DNA of 64,000 nt, taken from a bacterium (GTDB lineage: Bacteria; SAR324; NAC60-12). The position numbers and the translations under genes were made by a program. Shown here in pieces: positions 42,234 to 52,885 of the stretch. The stretch spans positions 160,001 to 224,000 of the forward strand of contig CBDBHR010000027.1 in NCBI GenBank assembly GCA_965205865.1. The letters are read 5' to 3'. How positions within the stretch are numbered: position 1 is the stretch's first letter; the number at the start of each line of letters is the position of its first letter. The notes beneath the pieces were generated by a model. The model had not been told where the DNA came from and made no database searches. It saw only the letters and a program-made list of their open reading frames with translations.

Positions 42234-45200
42234 TCATAAACTGTTTCCATAACCCCCACCACCCGGAGTCATGATGCGGATGCGGTCTCCGGCATGAGCC
42301 CGGATTTCATTCTTGCCTCCCAGATTGAGCACCTGGCCATTTTTCCGAATGAACAGATTCTGTCCCCGCTGTCCCGGCGCGCCTCCCTCCAGTCCATAAG
42401 GGGCGAAAGTACGGCGTTCCGAGAGAATGGCAACGTTCAGCGGTTCCAGAAATTCTATCTCCCGGATCATACCATCTCCACCCTTGAAATTTCCTGAGCC
42501 ACCCGTTCCTTTGCGGATGCTGAATTCCCGTAAAACCACGGGATAGCGCCGTTCCAGAATTTCAGGATCGGTGATGCGAGTATTGGTCATGTGGGTATGG
42601 ACCGCGGACTGTCCATGCCAGGAAGGTCCGGCACCGGCGCCTCCGCCGATGGTTTCGTAGTAACCGAAGTGGTCGTTGCCAAAGGTCAAATTGTTGGTAC
42701 AACCCTGAGAGGCTGCGGCAGCCTTGAAGGCCTTCAACACAACGTCCGTGATGCGTTGGGAAGTCAGCACATTGCCTCCCACCACGGCGGCATGTTCCGA
42801 AGGAGCCAACAACGAACCTTCTTCGATGATCACCCTGATTGGATTCAAACATCCCTGATTGAGCGGGATATCCTCTTGGATGAGACAACGCAGGGAATAG
42901 ATGAGGGCCGATTGCGTCACTGCTCGTGGCGCGTTCAAATTGCCCCACAGTTCCGGACCGGTACCCCTGAAATCAAAAATGGCGCTGCCGTCTCGCCGGT
43001 CGATCGTCAATTGCAGCGCAATGGGGCTGCCGTCATCCAGAAAATCCTCTGCGCAAACCGTATCCACCTCCGCCAGTCCCCGGGAAAGCGACAATTGTTG
43101 AAACATGTTTCGCACCGCCTGCTCCGCATTGCTTTGGATATGATGCATGTAGGCTTGCGTAACCGGCAAAGAATAATGGTCGATCATTTCCAAGAGAAGG
43201 TCCACGCCAGTTTGATTGGCCGCTACCTGTGCTTTCAGGTCTGAAATATTGTCTGAGATCCGGCGGGTCCCGCTGATGGCGGCTTGATCAGGAGCGCGCC
43301 GGATCATGCCGGGGGCAAAAAGCAATTGACGGATTCCTGCTTCATTGAATGATCCCTTGCTTACCAGTTTGAAACTCTTGATGCAGGCCCCTTCCTCTTC
43401 CAGGAGTCGTGAAAAAGGCGGCATGGATCCTGGAGAAATGCCTCCGATTTCCGCATGATGGCCCCGGCTGGCCAGAAAAAAGATTGGCTTTTTGTTTTGC
43501 CAGAGAGGAGTGATCACGGTTATATCGGGAAGATGACTGCCTCCCGCGGTGGGATGGTTCGTCACCAGCGCGTCGCCTGCTTTCAAATTGTTCCCCTGCA
43601 ATCGAATCTGCTGGCGGACGGCTTCGCTCATCGCCCCGAGGTGTACCGGCACATGAGGCGCATTGGCCACCAGCCCCCCTGTCTCATCGAAAATGGCGCA
43701 GGAAAAATCGAGACGCTCCTTGATATTGACCGAGATCGAAGTGCGCTCCAGAATTCGCCCCATTTGTTCGGCAATGGACATGAAAAGGTTACTGAAAATA
43801 GACAGTTGAATGGGATCGACTCGAGTGCTGCTTATCAAGCGGCTGGTTTTTCCGCGGCGGCCGACTTGCGCGCCGCCATATCGTAAGTCGCGATCCGCTT
43901 TACCGTCTTTGGCGCTCACCTTGATAGATACGTCTCCATACTTGGTTATTTCTGCCTGGCATCCGGGTTCGATGAGAATGGTAGAGGTTTCTTGCATGAG
44001 GATTGCCGGTCCCGCCAGGGATTGCCCGGCCTGCAGACTTCCCAAACGGTAAATCGGCGTTTCCAGCCAAGCCTCCGCAAAATAGCAGCGCGTGGTGGCG
44101 TCGATTCGAGGGAGGACGTTGCGGGACTCGATGGGGAATTTTTTCAACTGCGGAGATTTGGCAACAGCTCGCACGCGCAGGTCGTCGATCAGAATCGCGC
44201 GATCGAGCAGATCAAATCCGAATTCTCTCAGATACGATTGGCGAAAAACCCCTTCGAAATCATTGTCTTCCGGTTGTTCGGTCATGCGGGCCGTGTCGGT
44301 TCCCTGGTAGCGGAGATTGAGATAGCGCCGCAAACGGATTTGTTCACGAGGATATCCCTGGTCTTGAAGCTCTTTTACGGCGGCTTGCGCCAAAGCTCGT
44401 AACCGTGGCATTTCCACTTCTTGAAATGAGTCGTTTTGGTAAATGGAAGCTGACGGTTCTTGCTTTTCCAGCACCACGTCGGCCAGCCCCATTCCATAAG
44501 CTGAAAGAATTCCGGCAAAACGGTGGATGAAAATTTTGGAGATGCCCAATTCCCTGGCAATCGCGCATGCGTGCTGTCCACCCGCGCCTCCAAAACAGGC
44601 CAGCGCGTGTTCCTTGCTGTCATAGCCTCGCATGACGGAAATTTCCCGGATCGGACGAACCATCACCTCGTTGGCGACTTCCAGAAATCCCAAGGCGACT
44701 TCCTCCACTGACATCGGGTCCAGTCCCTTGATTGCGTATTGAGCGTTTATTTCCTCCGTCAACGATTCGAAAGCTTGCCGGGAAGCTTCGTAATCGAGGG
44801 GTTGGTTTTCACTTTCGCCAAAAATCTGGGGGAAATAGTCGGCATGCAGACGACCGAGGAACAAATTGGCGTCGGTGATGGTCAAATGCCCGTGTTTACG
44901 GTAACAAAGTGGTCCCGGATGAGCCCCTGCGGATTCAGGGCCCACTTCAAACATGCCATTGCGAAAAAACAAACGAGATCCTCCTCCTGCCGCCACTGTC
45001 TTGATTTGCATTTGAGGCGCCTGGATGCGTACTCCTGCCGTTTCCGTTTCGTGGACGAGTTCGTACTCTCCTCCGAAGCGGGAAACATCGGTGGAAGTGC
45101 CACCCATGTCAAACCCGATGACAGCCTCTCCGGTCCCTTGATTCCCCGTTGTCATTGCGTATCCCACCACTCCGCCCGCTGGTCCGGACAAGATGGCATT

Positions 45201-46085
45201 GCTGCCTTTGAAGTGATCGGCTCCGACCAACCCGCCGTCCGATTGCATGAACAACAGCGGGGTATCGCTCAGCTGGTCACTGAAACCCGAACGGAAACTA
45301 TTCAAATACTGGTGGATATGCGGGGTCAGGTAGGCATCCACGCTGGTGGTGTCACCACGGGCTACCATTTTGACCATCGGCATCACTCGATGAGAAAGGG
45401 AAATCTGCGTAAACCCGATTTCTTCGGCAAGGCGGCCCACTTGTTTTTCGTGCTCATGGTAAGTGTAACCATGGATAAAGACAACCGCCACACTGCGAAT
45501 ACCGGCAACATGCGCATCCTGGAGTTGACGTCGCGTCTTTGCCAAATCCGGTTTTTGCAGGACCAGCAATTGTTCTCCGGAAATTCCTCTTACGACCTGC
45601 GCATCTCCCACCTCTTCTTCTTTTTGCAACAGCCGCACTCGTTCGTCCACCTCGATCACGGATTCGTACAGCAGTTCCGGTTTTTTAATTTCCAGGTCAA
45701 AGATCCGCGGGCGGTTTTGATTGCCGATCCGTAAAAGATCGGCAAATCCCCGGGTGGTCACCAGAACCGTTCGCGCGCCTTTGCGTTCCAGCAAAGCGTT
45801 GGTAGCCACCGTGGTGCCCATACGTATCCATTCGATAAGGTCCGCGCGCACCCCCGTCTGCCGGAAATACTCATTCGGCAGTGCAGCGCCGGTCACTTCT
45901 TGCAGAATACGGCGGATGCCTTCCCGTGGCGCATCCGGGTAGTTTTGAGGGTCTTCCGAAAGGAGCTTCACAACCCGAAACCCCGGCTCTCCGGGGATCT
46001 CAGCATACACGTCGGTAAACGTCCCTCCCCGGTCAATGGAAAAACGAAATTTTGAGGATTCAAAACCAGTCAAGAATGATCCCAA
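42234..46085 (-). CDS. oplA: ATP-dependent 5-oxoprolinase (fused hydantoinase A/B)
   Basis: [61 protein letters not shown]. Confidence 0.92.
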   Translation of the reverse strand: MGSFLTGFESSKFRFSIDRGGTFTDVYAEIPGEPGFRVVKLLSEDPQNYPDAPREGIRRILQEVTGAALPNEYFRQTGVRADLIEWIRMGTTVATNALLERKGARTVLVTTRGFADLLRIGNQNRPRIFDLEIKKPELLYESVIEVDERVRLLQKEEEVGDAQVVRGISGEQLLVLQKPDLAKTRRQLQDAHVAGIRSVAVVFIHGYTYHEHEKQVGRLAEEIGFTQISLSHRVMPMVKMVARGDTTSVDAYLTPHIHQYLNSFRSGFSDQLSDTPLLFMQSDGGLVGADHFKGSNAILSGPAGGVVGYAMTTGNQGTGEAVIGFDMGGTSTDVSRFGGEYELVHETETAGVRIQAPQMQIKTVAAGGGSRLFFRNGMFEVGPESAGAHPGPLCYRKHGHLTITDANLFLGRLHADYFPQIFGESENQPLDYEASRQAFESLTEEINAQYAIKGLDPMSVEEVALGFLEVANEVMVRPIREISVMRGYDSKEHALACFGGAGGQHACAIARELGISKIFIHRFAGILSAYGMGLADVVLEKQEPSASIYQNDSFQEVEMPRLRALAQAAVKELQDQGYPREQIRLRRYLNLRYQGTDTARMTEQPEDNDFEGVFRQSYLREFGFDLLDRAILIDDLRVRAVAKSPQLKKFPIESRNVLPRIDATTRCYFAEAWLETPIYRLGSLQAGQSLAGPAILMQETSTILIEPGCQAEITKYGDVSIKVSAKDGKADRDLRYGGAQVGRRGKTSRLISSTRVDPIQLSIFSNLFMSIAEQMGRILERTSISVNIKERLDFSCAIFDETGGLVANAPHVPVHLGAMSEAVRQQIRLQGNNLKAGDALVTNHPTAGGSHLPDITVITPLWQNKKPIFFLASRGHHAEIGGISPGSMPPFSRLLEEEGACIKSFKLVSKGSFNEAGIRQLLFAPGMIRRAPDQAAISGTRRISDNISDLKAQVAANQTGVDLLLEMIDHYSLPVTQAYMHHIQSNAEQAVRNMFQQLSLSRGLAEVDTVCAEDFLDDGSPIALQLTIDRRDGSAIFDFRGTGPELWGNLNAPRAVTQSALIYSLRCLIQEDIPLNQGCLNPIRVIIEEGSLLAPSEHAAVVGGNVLTSQRITDVVLKAFKAAAASQGCTNNLTFGNDHFGYYETIGGGAGAGPSWHGQSAVHTHMTNTRITDPEILERRYPVVLREFSIRKGTGGSGNFKGGDGMIREIEFLEPLNVAILSERRTFAPYGLEGGAPGQRGQNLFIRKNGQVLNLGGKNEIRAHAGDRIRIMTPGGGGYGNSL

Positions 46086-46161
46086 TGTCTTGTAAAGGTT
46101 AAAATCGGCCTGTGGATAAAATGGCCAACCTTTTTATTTTTTACGGGGTCGGTTTTTCGGA

Positions 46162-46539
46162 TCAAGCGGTGACATAGGTGTGGGTGATCACTTCCCAAAC
46201 ATGACCATCATCGCAGTCGAAATAAAAGCCCCGTCCTTGATGCAGGTGGTTGATTTTCCCATCCGCGCGTCGCATGGGACTGCTACCGAAAGAGCGCTTC
46301 TCTTCCTTTAACCTTTGGAGAATATCATCGAATTCCTCGTCTGATGCGAGAAAGGCATAATGATGAGATTCGAAGTTTTCCCTGTCAGTGAAGTCGAGTG
46401 TCAGGAAATCATTGATTCGCACCGGGGCAAAGCCCTTCCAGAGACCCTCGTACGTCAGGCCCAGCGTGCGCGCGATGAAGGCGGCCGACTTCTCCTTATC
46501 GTAGGCGGGGACTATCGTATGATCGAGTTGCAGAGCCAT
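46162..46539 (-). CDS. VOC/glyoxalase family protein
   Basis: LDHTIV, HHYAF, GFYF...DGHVWEVIT. Confidence 0.88.
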   Translation of the reverse strand: MALQLDHTIVPAYDKEKSAAFIARTLGLTYEGLWKGFAPVRINDFLTLDFTDRENFESHHYAFLASDEEFDDILQRLKEEKRSFGSSPMRRADGKINHLHQGRGFYFDCDDGHVWEVITHTYVTA

Positions 46540-46674
46540 CTTTGATTTTCTCCTGAATGCTTCAAGTAAACGAGAACGTCTTCTGACGTGTTATACAAGG
46601 TAATTTTGCAGACGCGGCGCAAACCATCTGCTTGAGGTGCTTGAGTGGCAGTATAAAAAATGATCCCCACTTTA

Positions 46675-47055
46675 TTATTTTACAAGGGCCGATGGAATAT
46701 CAGGACTTTTAGGATTGACTGTCACTTTTTGTAAACCGGGATTGATGATTAAATCCATATCTTCCATAGGAATTGCCCCCAATAATACGGAATCCCCCAT
46801 AACAAAGGCGCCCGTGAAGCAGTTACGGTTTTCAAAATGAATCTGAATGGGCCCCACGTAAGGAACCGCAATCACTCTGCCATCTGCCGTTGTTACCTGA
46901 CGTTTTTCCAACTCCTTCAGTTGTAGTTGAAGAGCAACCCGTTCTGAAATACAAATGGTAACGGCACCCGTATCGACAAGGGCCTCGACTTTCACCGGAT
47001 TCAAGGCGCTCTCTCTCGGATTTATCAATTCAATATCCGTATAAATCAATCCCAT
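46675..47055 (-). CDS. Clan AA aspartic protease (AF_0612-like)
   Basis: ALVDTGA, TADGR, LLGAIPMEDMDL. Confidence 0.88.
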   Translation of the reverse strand: MGLIYTDIELINPRESALNPVKVEALVDTGAVTICISERVALQLQLKELEKRQVTTADGRVIAVPYVGPIQIHFENRNCFTGAFVMGDSVLLGAIPMEDMDLIINPGLQKVTVNPKSPDIPSALVK

Positions 47056-47452
47056 CGGTCTTCTCTTGAAATACCCCTTGTCGGTCTGAAACTCGTGTTA
47101 CCATCACCCTTTCAGGTACTCAATTGCATCTGCCTGTCAATCCCTTTGATTTTGTAGCAAAATGCTGCCACTTGAACCAGTCGGTGTGGCATTTCCCAGC
47201 ATTACTTTTTTGTGTTTTATTGGAAAATGCAGGCCCATGTCAAGGGATTTTTCAAGAAATATAAAAATTTTGTGGCAATAGATATGGTTGTATTTTCGTG
47301 ATTCCAAGTACTGATAATTGTGATACAAAACTTGACATGTCCTCGACTCAATGGAAGCTTAATTTCAAAGTAGATTGCCATGGCTGTGAATGCGCATATT
47401 TCTACCAAGGTAAATCGTACTCCATTGCGTAAATTTAAAGACATGCAACCCT

Positions 47453-48667
47453 ATGAAACCGAATTATTCTCCGCCTGACTTAGTGCCCTTGGCCAATCTT
47501 TTACCTGCCGAACCCTTGTTGTTGATGGGTGCCGGTCCGGTTCCTCTCCCCCATGCCGTTGCCCAGGCGAACAGCGTCGTCATCAATCATCTTGGTGAAA
47601 CCATGGACGAGGTGGTGCAAGGGGTCAAATCGATGGCGCAGTATGCCTTCCAAACCAAATCGGACAAAATCATCGGGGTTGCGGGTCCTTCTTCAGCATC
47701 TATGGAAATGGCCATTACCAACTTGTTGTGGCCTGGAAGAAAAGCCCTGGTGCTGGCCATCGGCACCTTCAGCAGACGTTTTGGGGAGATGGCGATCGGC
47801 GTGGGAGCCGAGGTCACTGTTTTGGAAGCTCTGAGCGCCCATCCGGTGACGGCTGAAATGCTCGGCTCGGCTCTCGAAAAAGACCACTATGACGTGGTGA
47901 CCCTGGTGCAGGGAGAGACTTCTTCGGGGGTATTGAACAAAGAGATGTCTGAAATCACTCGTCTCGCCAAGCAGCATGGGGCATTGGTAATTGTCGACGC
48001 GGTCTGCACGCTCACCACAATGCCCATGCCCATGGATCAATGGCAAGTCGACGCGCTGATCACCGGAGGACAAAAAGGACTGTCTTCGATCCCCGGCGTT
48101 TCCATTCTGGCCTTTTCGACGGAAGCCTGGGAGGTGATTGAAAAACGCGCCGCGCCTGTACCGCACTGGTGTCTCAATGCCAAGCTGGCTCAGCAGTTTT
48201 GGGGAAATCAGCAGTACCATTACACGGCGCCCGTTCCTGGGATACTGGCTCTTCATGAGGCATTGCGATTGATCTGTCTTGAAACGCTGGAAAAACGCTT
48301 TGAGCGTCACCGCATGAGTTCCAACGCCTTACAAGCCGGAATCGAAGCCATGGGCCTGCGTTTGTTCATTCCCCGTGAATACCGCTTGAATGCTGTTGTA
48401 TCGATCGCGCTGCCTGCGGAAATTGATAGCGTCAGCTTGCGCAAATACATGTCGGACGTCTTTCACGTGGAAATTTCCGGTGCCTTCGGTCTCGATATCG
48501 TACGCATCGGGCAGATGGGAGAACAGTGCCGCTCGCATAATCTGTTCAAAGTCTTATACGCCCTGGGGATGAGTTTCAAACACGAAGGATTGGATTTGAA
48601 TGTCAGTGCGGGTATGGCTACTCTGGAAGAAAACCTGGTACAGGATGCCGAACATTTTGTGGACTGA
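47453..48667 (+). CDS. Class V PLP aminotransferase (alanine-glyoxylate/serine-pyruvate type)
   Basis: LLMGAGP, ETSSG, VDAV, TGGQKGLS PLP-lysine motif, RIGQMG. Confidence 0.88.
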   Translation: MKPNYSPPDLVPLANLLPAEPLLLMGAGPVPLPHAVAQANSVVINHLGETMDEVVQGVKSMAQYAFQTKSDKIIGVAGPSSASMEMAITNLLWPGRKALVLAIGTFSRRFGEMAIGVGAEVTVLEALSAHPVTAEMLGSALEKDHYDVVTLVQGETSSGVLNKEMSEITRLAKQHGALVIVDAVCTLTTMPMPMDQWQVDALITGGQKGLSSIPGVSILAFSTEAWEVIEKRAAPVPHWCLNAKLAQQFWGNQQYHYTAPVPGILALHEALRLICLETLEKRFERHRMSSNALQAGIEAMGLRLFIPREYRLNAVVSIALPAEIDSVSLRKYMSDVFHVEISGAFGLDIVRIGQMGEQCRSHNLFKVLYALGMSFKHEGLDLNVSAGMATLEENLVQDAEHFVD

Positions 48668-48729
48668 GGAGATCGTCTCTTCAACTAACGGAATGGCCTG
48701 CAAGTACCATCTCTCAAAGATTTGCGACA

Positions 48730-50127
48730 ATGGAAAACGTGGGCGCCGTACAACTTTTCTTTGACAAGGGGACCCTCCTGCTCACCGATTTGCCCGGGGC
48801 TCTCCTCCCCCTGCTTCCGGGAATCGAATGGGACAAACGAACTCAAAGCCACCGCGCGCCGGCCTATTGCTACCGTAATATCGTGCAGGTTCTGATGAAT
48901 CAAAATACGGTCTACGAGGACCACGCCCGTCAATTCCAATCCCAAGTCTTTTCCCTGCAAAAAACGATTGAGCCACGCCCCTATCAACAAGCAGCCATGC
49001 AAGCCTGGCTGGATCAGGGATCTTACGGCATTGTGGCACTCCCGACAGGATCCGGTAAAACAATGCTGGCAGTCTTGATCATCGAAAAAACGCAACGCCC
49101 CACCATGATTCATGTACCCACCATCGATTTGATGCACCAGTGGCATTCGGTGCTCCGCCAGTACTTTGCGGGAGAGATCGGCTTGTTGGGTGGCGGTTAT
49201 CATGAAATCCAAGCCTTGACGATCGCTACCTACGATTCGGCCTTACTGCAAGTACCCCACAAAGGCAATCGATTCGGGCTGGTGATTTTTGATGAATGCC
49301 ATCATCTGCCGGGAGAACAGTATCAATACGCGGCGATCAGTTCCATCGCTCCCTTTCGTCTGGGTTTGACCGCCACTCCGGAAGGCGATGATGCGCGTAC
49401 TTCATTGTTGTATAAGCTCTCCGGTCCCCTGGCTTACCAGGCGCACATCCACGAATTGAAGGGAAAAACCCTGGCCCCCTATATCGTGCTCACCCTGAAG
49501 GTGGAAATGAACGAAAAGGAATGGAAAGATTATGTAATCGCCCGCACGTGTTACACTGATTTTTTAAAGATTGAAAAAATCAACTTCGGCCATCCAAGCG
49601 GGTGGAATTATTTCCTCTGGAAAGCAAGTCGCACTCCACATGGACGCCAGGCCTTCAAAGCCTACCTCACCCAAAAACGTCTGAGCCAGGCTTCTGAAGC
49701 AAAAATCGAAAAAATCTGGGAATTGATTCAGCAGCACCAGGGAGATCGCATCATTGTTTTCACGCAAGACAACGAAATGGCCTATCGCATCGGCAAACTT
49801 TTTTTTCTTCCCGTCCTCACCCACCTCACTAAATTGAAAGAACGGGAAAACTTCCTGCAAGCCTTTCGCCAGGGAGACTATTCGATACTGGTGACCTCTA
49901 AAGTGCTCAATGAAGGGGTGGATGTCCCGGATGCCAACGTGGCCATTGTGGTTTCCGGAAGCGGCAGCGTGCGGGAGCATGTCCAGCGTCTCGGGCGCAT
50001 CCTGCGCGGACGGCCGGGAAAACAAGCATACCTTTATGAACTGGTCTCCAAGAGTACGAGTGAACACTTCGTCAATGAAAGACGACGCCGTCATCTGGCC
50101 TACCAACAATCCAAAATCTCTCCCTGA
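48730..50127 (+). CDS. XPB/Rad25-like SF2 helicase
   Basis: PRPYQ, LPTGSGKT, DECHH, LGLTATP, EGVDVPDA, QRLGRILR. Confidence 0.88.
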   Translation: MENVGAVQLFFDKGTLLLTDLPGALLPLLPGIEWDKRTQSHRAPAYCYRNIVQVLMNQNTVYEDHARQFQSQVFSLQKTIEPRPYQQAAMQAWLDQGSYGIVALPTGSGKTMLAVLIIEKTQRPTMIHVPTIDLMHQWHSVLRQYFAGEIGLLGGGYHEIQALTIATYDSALLQVPHKGNRFGLVIFDECHHLPGEQYQYAAISSIAPFRLGLTATPEGDDARTSLLYKLSGPLAYQAHIHELKGKTLAPYIVLTLKVEMNEKEWKDYVIARTCYTDFLKIEKINFGHPSGWNYFLWKASRTPHGRQAFKAYLTQKRLSQASEAKIEKIWELIQQHQGDRIIVFTQDNEMAYRIGKLFFLPVLTHLTKLKERENFLQAFRQGDYSILVTSKVLNEGVDVPDANVAIVVSGSGSVREHVQRLGRILRGRPGKQAYLYELVSKSTSEHFVNERRRRHLAYQQSKISP

Positions 50128-50171
50128 TGGCCTATGCCGGGAAACATGGCAACGTCAGTCCCCGCAATATG

Positions 50172-50224
50172 GTAGGTAGGGGTTTCGGCCTCTGAAAACA
50201 GTAGGTTGGGGTTAAGGCCCCAAC
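50172..50224. repeat. Two tandem GTAG-initiated hairpins (REP-like), possible terminator
   Basis: GTAG-GTTGGGG-TTAAGG-CCCCAAC at 50201-50224 and degenerate GTAGGTAGGGGTTTCGGCCTCT at 50172; lies between convergent genes. Confidence 0.5.
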
Positions 50225-50262
50225 TTGGAAGAAACAACAAACCTGTTCATTCGTAATAAGAG

Positions 50263-50637
50263 TTAACCCAGTTTATTGGAAATCTCCTGCAGGAGTTTGC
50301 CGATATTGTCGAAGCCTCCCTGGGTTACTTTCTCCAGGGATTGGATCGCCAGTGTATTGGCGTCCACCTTGCTTTCCAAATCTTCGAACTTGTTTTCCAC
50401 ATTCCCGAGTTTACTTTCAACGTTCCCGAGTTTACTTTCCAGACCGTCGAATTTACGCTCCAATCTCTGCAAGCCTTCCCGGCTCTCTCTGCGGAAATGA
50501 GAGATTTCCTCAAACATTCCAACATCTCTCACCGTTTCCCGTTCTTCGATTTCATTGAATTTGTCAATCAGAAGATTGATCTGAGTTTTGGTGTCTTCAA
50601 GCGAGTCGAGCGACTCCACTTTCTGCAATACGATCAT
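50263..50637 (-). CDS. Small coiled-coil protein with heptad repeats
   Basis: ERKFDGL-ESKLGNV-ESKLGNV-ENKFEDL-ESKVDAN; RBS GGGGAG upstream. Confidence 0.75.
   Translation of the reverse strand: MIVLQKVESLDSLEDTKTQINLLIDKFNEIEERETVRDVGMFEEISHFRRESREGLQRLERKFDGLESKLGNVESKLGNVENKFEDLESKVDANTLAIQSLEKVTQGGFDNIGKLLQEISNKLG
50372..50455. repeat. Four imperfect 21-bp tandem repeats within the coiled-coil gene
   Basis: ctttccaaatcttcgaacttg / ttttccacattcccgagttta / ctttcaacgttcccgagttta / ctttccagaccgtcgaattta. Confidence 0.8.
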
Positions 50638-50776
50638 GGTCTCCCCTTTTTGATTTTCGTCGGATTTTGTAGTATCGTATGATTTCCTGAATTATCCTTT
50701 ATACCTCAGCAGAGAAGGGAAATCAATGCTTTCCCGGAACCGACCGTGTGCACCATGCGCCAAGCGTTTCGCATAA

Positions 50777-51775
50777 ATGGAGGAGCAAAAGATCGCTATG
50801 AAGTACGCCAAATTCGAGATCCGAAACCGGTTTCACCAGGACACCACTCTACCTCGCTTCAAGGGTTCCATGCTCCGTGGCGCTATGGGTCATGCCCTCA
50901 AGGCCACTATCTGCGCGGTACGGGTGAAAGTGTGCGAACCCTGCATCCTGCGCCCGACCTGCCTCTATGCCCGGATCTTCGAGGTGAAGCCGGATTACCA
51001 AAAACAAACCAAACAGGTCAACTTTCCACATCCTTACGTCCTGGAATGTTTGGAGGAGCAAACCTTTTTTCAAAAAGACGAGCCCTTTGATTTTTCCCTG
51101 ATTCTCTTTGGCGACATGACGCAGTATCTGCCTTATTTCGTATATGCCTTCGAGCAGATGGGCGAAGGAGGAATCGGCAAAAAGGTCAATGGTCAACGTG
51201 TCACTTTTTCCGTGATCGACGTGTCCTGTAATGGAGAAAGGATCTACGAGGAAAACCGGCGCACTCTGCCCGAGGTCATTCCTTTTGTACAACTCGCGCT
51301 TCCTGAGTCTCCGGAACAGGAAATCACCGGAATGCGGGTACATTTTGAAACCCCGCTGAGGGTCAAGAACAGGGGACAGTATGCCAGAACCCTGGATTTC
51401 GTGACCCTGCTGCGCACCCTGCTGCGCCGTGTCCAACATCTATGGCAGGAATTTGACGGTATGCCCCTCGATCTCAACGAAAAAGCCCTGCTGCAAATTG
51501 CGGAAACCGTGAAAACTCAAAATCAACATCTTCACTGGGAAGAACAAACCCGTTTTTCCAACAGACAGCAAAACCGGCAAAACCTGGGTGGACTGAAAGG
51601 CAATATTGAATTCAAGGGGAACCTGACCCCTTTCATACCCCTGCTCGACCTGGCCCGCCTGCTCCATATCGGCAAAGCCACCAGCTTCGGCCTGGGAAAA
51701 CTGGACTATGACATCATCGCAAAAACGAACGGTTCGCTGGAGATTCCCGTGAAACAGGTCACGGCGTTCTACTAG
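50777..51775 (+). CDS. cas6: CRISPR pre-crRNA endoribonuclease Cas6 (Cys-cluster type)
   Basis: GSMLRGAMG, C..C.PC....C cluster, PHPYV, FETPLR, C-terminal Gly loop HIGKATSFGLG; heads the cmr operon. Confidence 0.9.
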   Translation: MEEQKIAMKYAKFEIRNRFHQDTTLPRFKGSMLRGAMGHALKATICAVRVKVCEPCILRPTCLYARIFEVKPDYQKQTKQVNFPHPYVLECLEEQTFFQKDEPFDFSLILFGDMTQYLPYFVYAFEQMGEGGIGKKVNGQRVTFSVIDVSCNGERIYEENRRTLPEVIPFVQLALPESPEQEITGMRVHFETPLRVKNRGQYARTLDFVTLLRTLLRRVQHLWQEFDGMPLDLNEKALLQIAETVKTQNQHLHWEEQTRFSNRQQNRQNLGGLKGNIEFKGNLTPFIPLLDLARLLHIGKATSFGLGKLDYDIIAKTNGSLEIPVKQVTAFY

Positions 51776-51817
51776 AATTTATAATTTGTGGCAATATGAT
51801 ATGAGAAAAAGGTAACC

Positions 51818-52876
51818 ATGACAGTCTCTGTAGCACGATATTATCAGCGGGAGAAAATCTCTCTCGATTGCACTATTTTAACTCCTATGTTCTTGGGAAA
51901 TGCCGACCAACATGCTGCGCTTTCTGCTGCCCCTATCAAAGCGGCTTTGCGCTACTGGTGGCGCGTCAGCGGGGTGCATAATGCAAAAAATTCGGAGGAA
52001 TTGTTTAAAAAGGAAAGTTGTCTTTTTGGCAGTGCCGATGAAAAATTTGGCAGAAGTAAAATCTCGGTTTCAGTGGAAGGCATAGTTCAGGCGAGTGATA
52101 ATCAATTCCGCTCACCTCACAAAATACAACATCCCGAAGTTCAACTAGGAAAAATCAGTTCATTACTATATCTGGCAAACATGGGAATATTGCATCCATA
52201 CCTCAAACCAAAATTCAATTATTTTCCAACCCTGCAAACATTCAAAATCCACTTATCGTTTCCTGAAAATCTGAACGACCAGTTTCTTCCAACTTTATTT
52301 TTATTCCAACATCTGGGAAGTCTCGGAGCACGGTCGAGAAATGCTTGGGGAAGTGTCGGTATTTCTTCTGGATACACCTCTAAAGAAATTCCAGACAATA
52401 TTCCCATACAACCTTGGGAAGTCCTTTTTGAACAGGATTATCCTCATGGAATAGGCAAAGACGAGAAAGGGGTTTTGTTGTGGGAATCGAAAAACACATT
52501 CTCAAAGTGGGAAGAAGCTATGCATATCTTGGCAGAATCTTATGTAGAACTGAGAACCAATGATCCTTTCAAATTCCCTCAAGCATCACTTCCACACAAA
52601 GATCCACAACCTCGGCACTTGCTCGGATACCCTGTTGGAAAAACTCATCGAGTAAAAGATTGGCCAAATTCCGCGCGAAGCGCATCAGAACTGCGCTTTT
52701 CACTCAAACCAAGAGAGAATCGGTTAAAAATAGTTATTTTTCATGTCCCCCATTTGTTTGACAGATCTATGATTAAAACACGACCTCTCAGCCTAAAAGA
52801 AGAACAAATTAAAATCTGGAAACAAGTTCACAACTATTTTGACCAATCTGACCAATTCCAACGAGCGACTCTTTAA
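51818..52876 (+). CDS. cmr1: Type III-B RAMP Cmr1
   Basis: LTPMFLG, IKAALRYWWR, LFGS, GSLGARSRNAWGS. Confidence 0.88.
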   Translation: MTVSVARYYQREKISLDCTILTPMFLGNADQHAALSAAPIKAALRYWWRVSGVHNAKNSEELFKKESCLFGSADEKFGRSKISVSVEGIVQASDNQFRSPHKIQHPEVQLGKISSLLYLANMGILHPYLKPKFNYFPTLQTFKIHLSFPENLNDQFLPTLFLFQHLGSLGARSRNAWGSVGISSGYTSKEIPDNIPIQPWEVLFEQDYPHGIGKDEKGVLLWESKNTFSKWEEAMHILAESYVELRTNDPFKFPQASLPHKDPQPRHLLGYPVGKTHRVKDWPNSARSASELRFSLKPRENRLKIVIFHVPHLFDRSMIKTRPLSLKEEQIKIWKQVHNYFDQSDQFQRATL

Positions 52877-52885
52877 AGGAAAATT

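Noticed and set aside
44739-45734. 331-aa plus-strand ORF
   Set aside because: Antisense shadow of the oxoprolinase gene.
47268-47286. TTTGTGGCAATA(T)GATATG shared with the region upstream of cmr1 (about 51785-51803)
   Set aside because: Only two short non-palindromic copies with an indel; compatible with chance in 64 kb.
50372-50455. 21-bp repeats near cas6 as a CRISPR mini-array
   Set aside because: No spacers, and the repeats are in-frame coding heptads.
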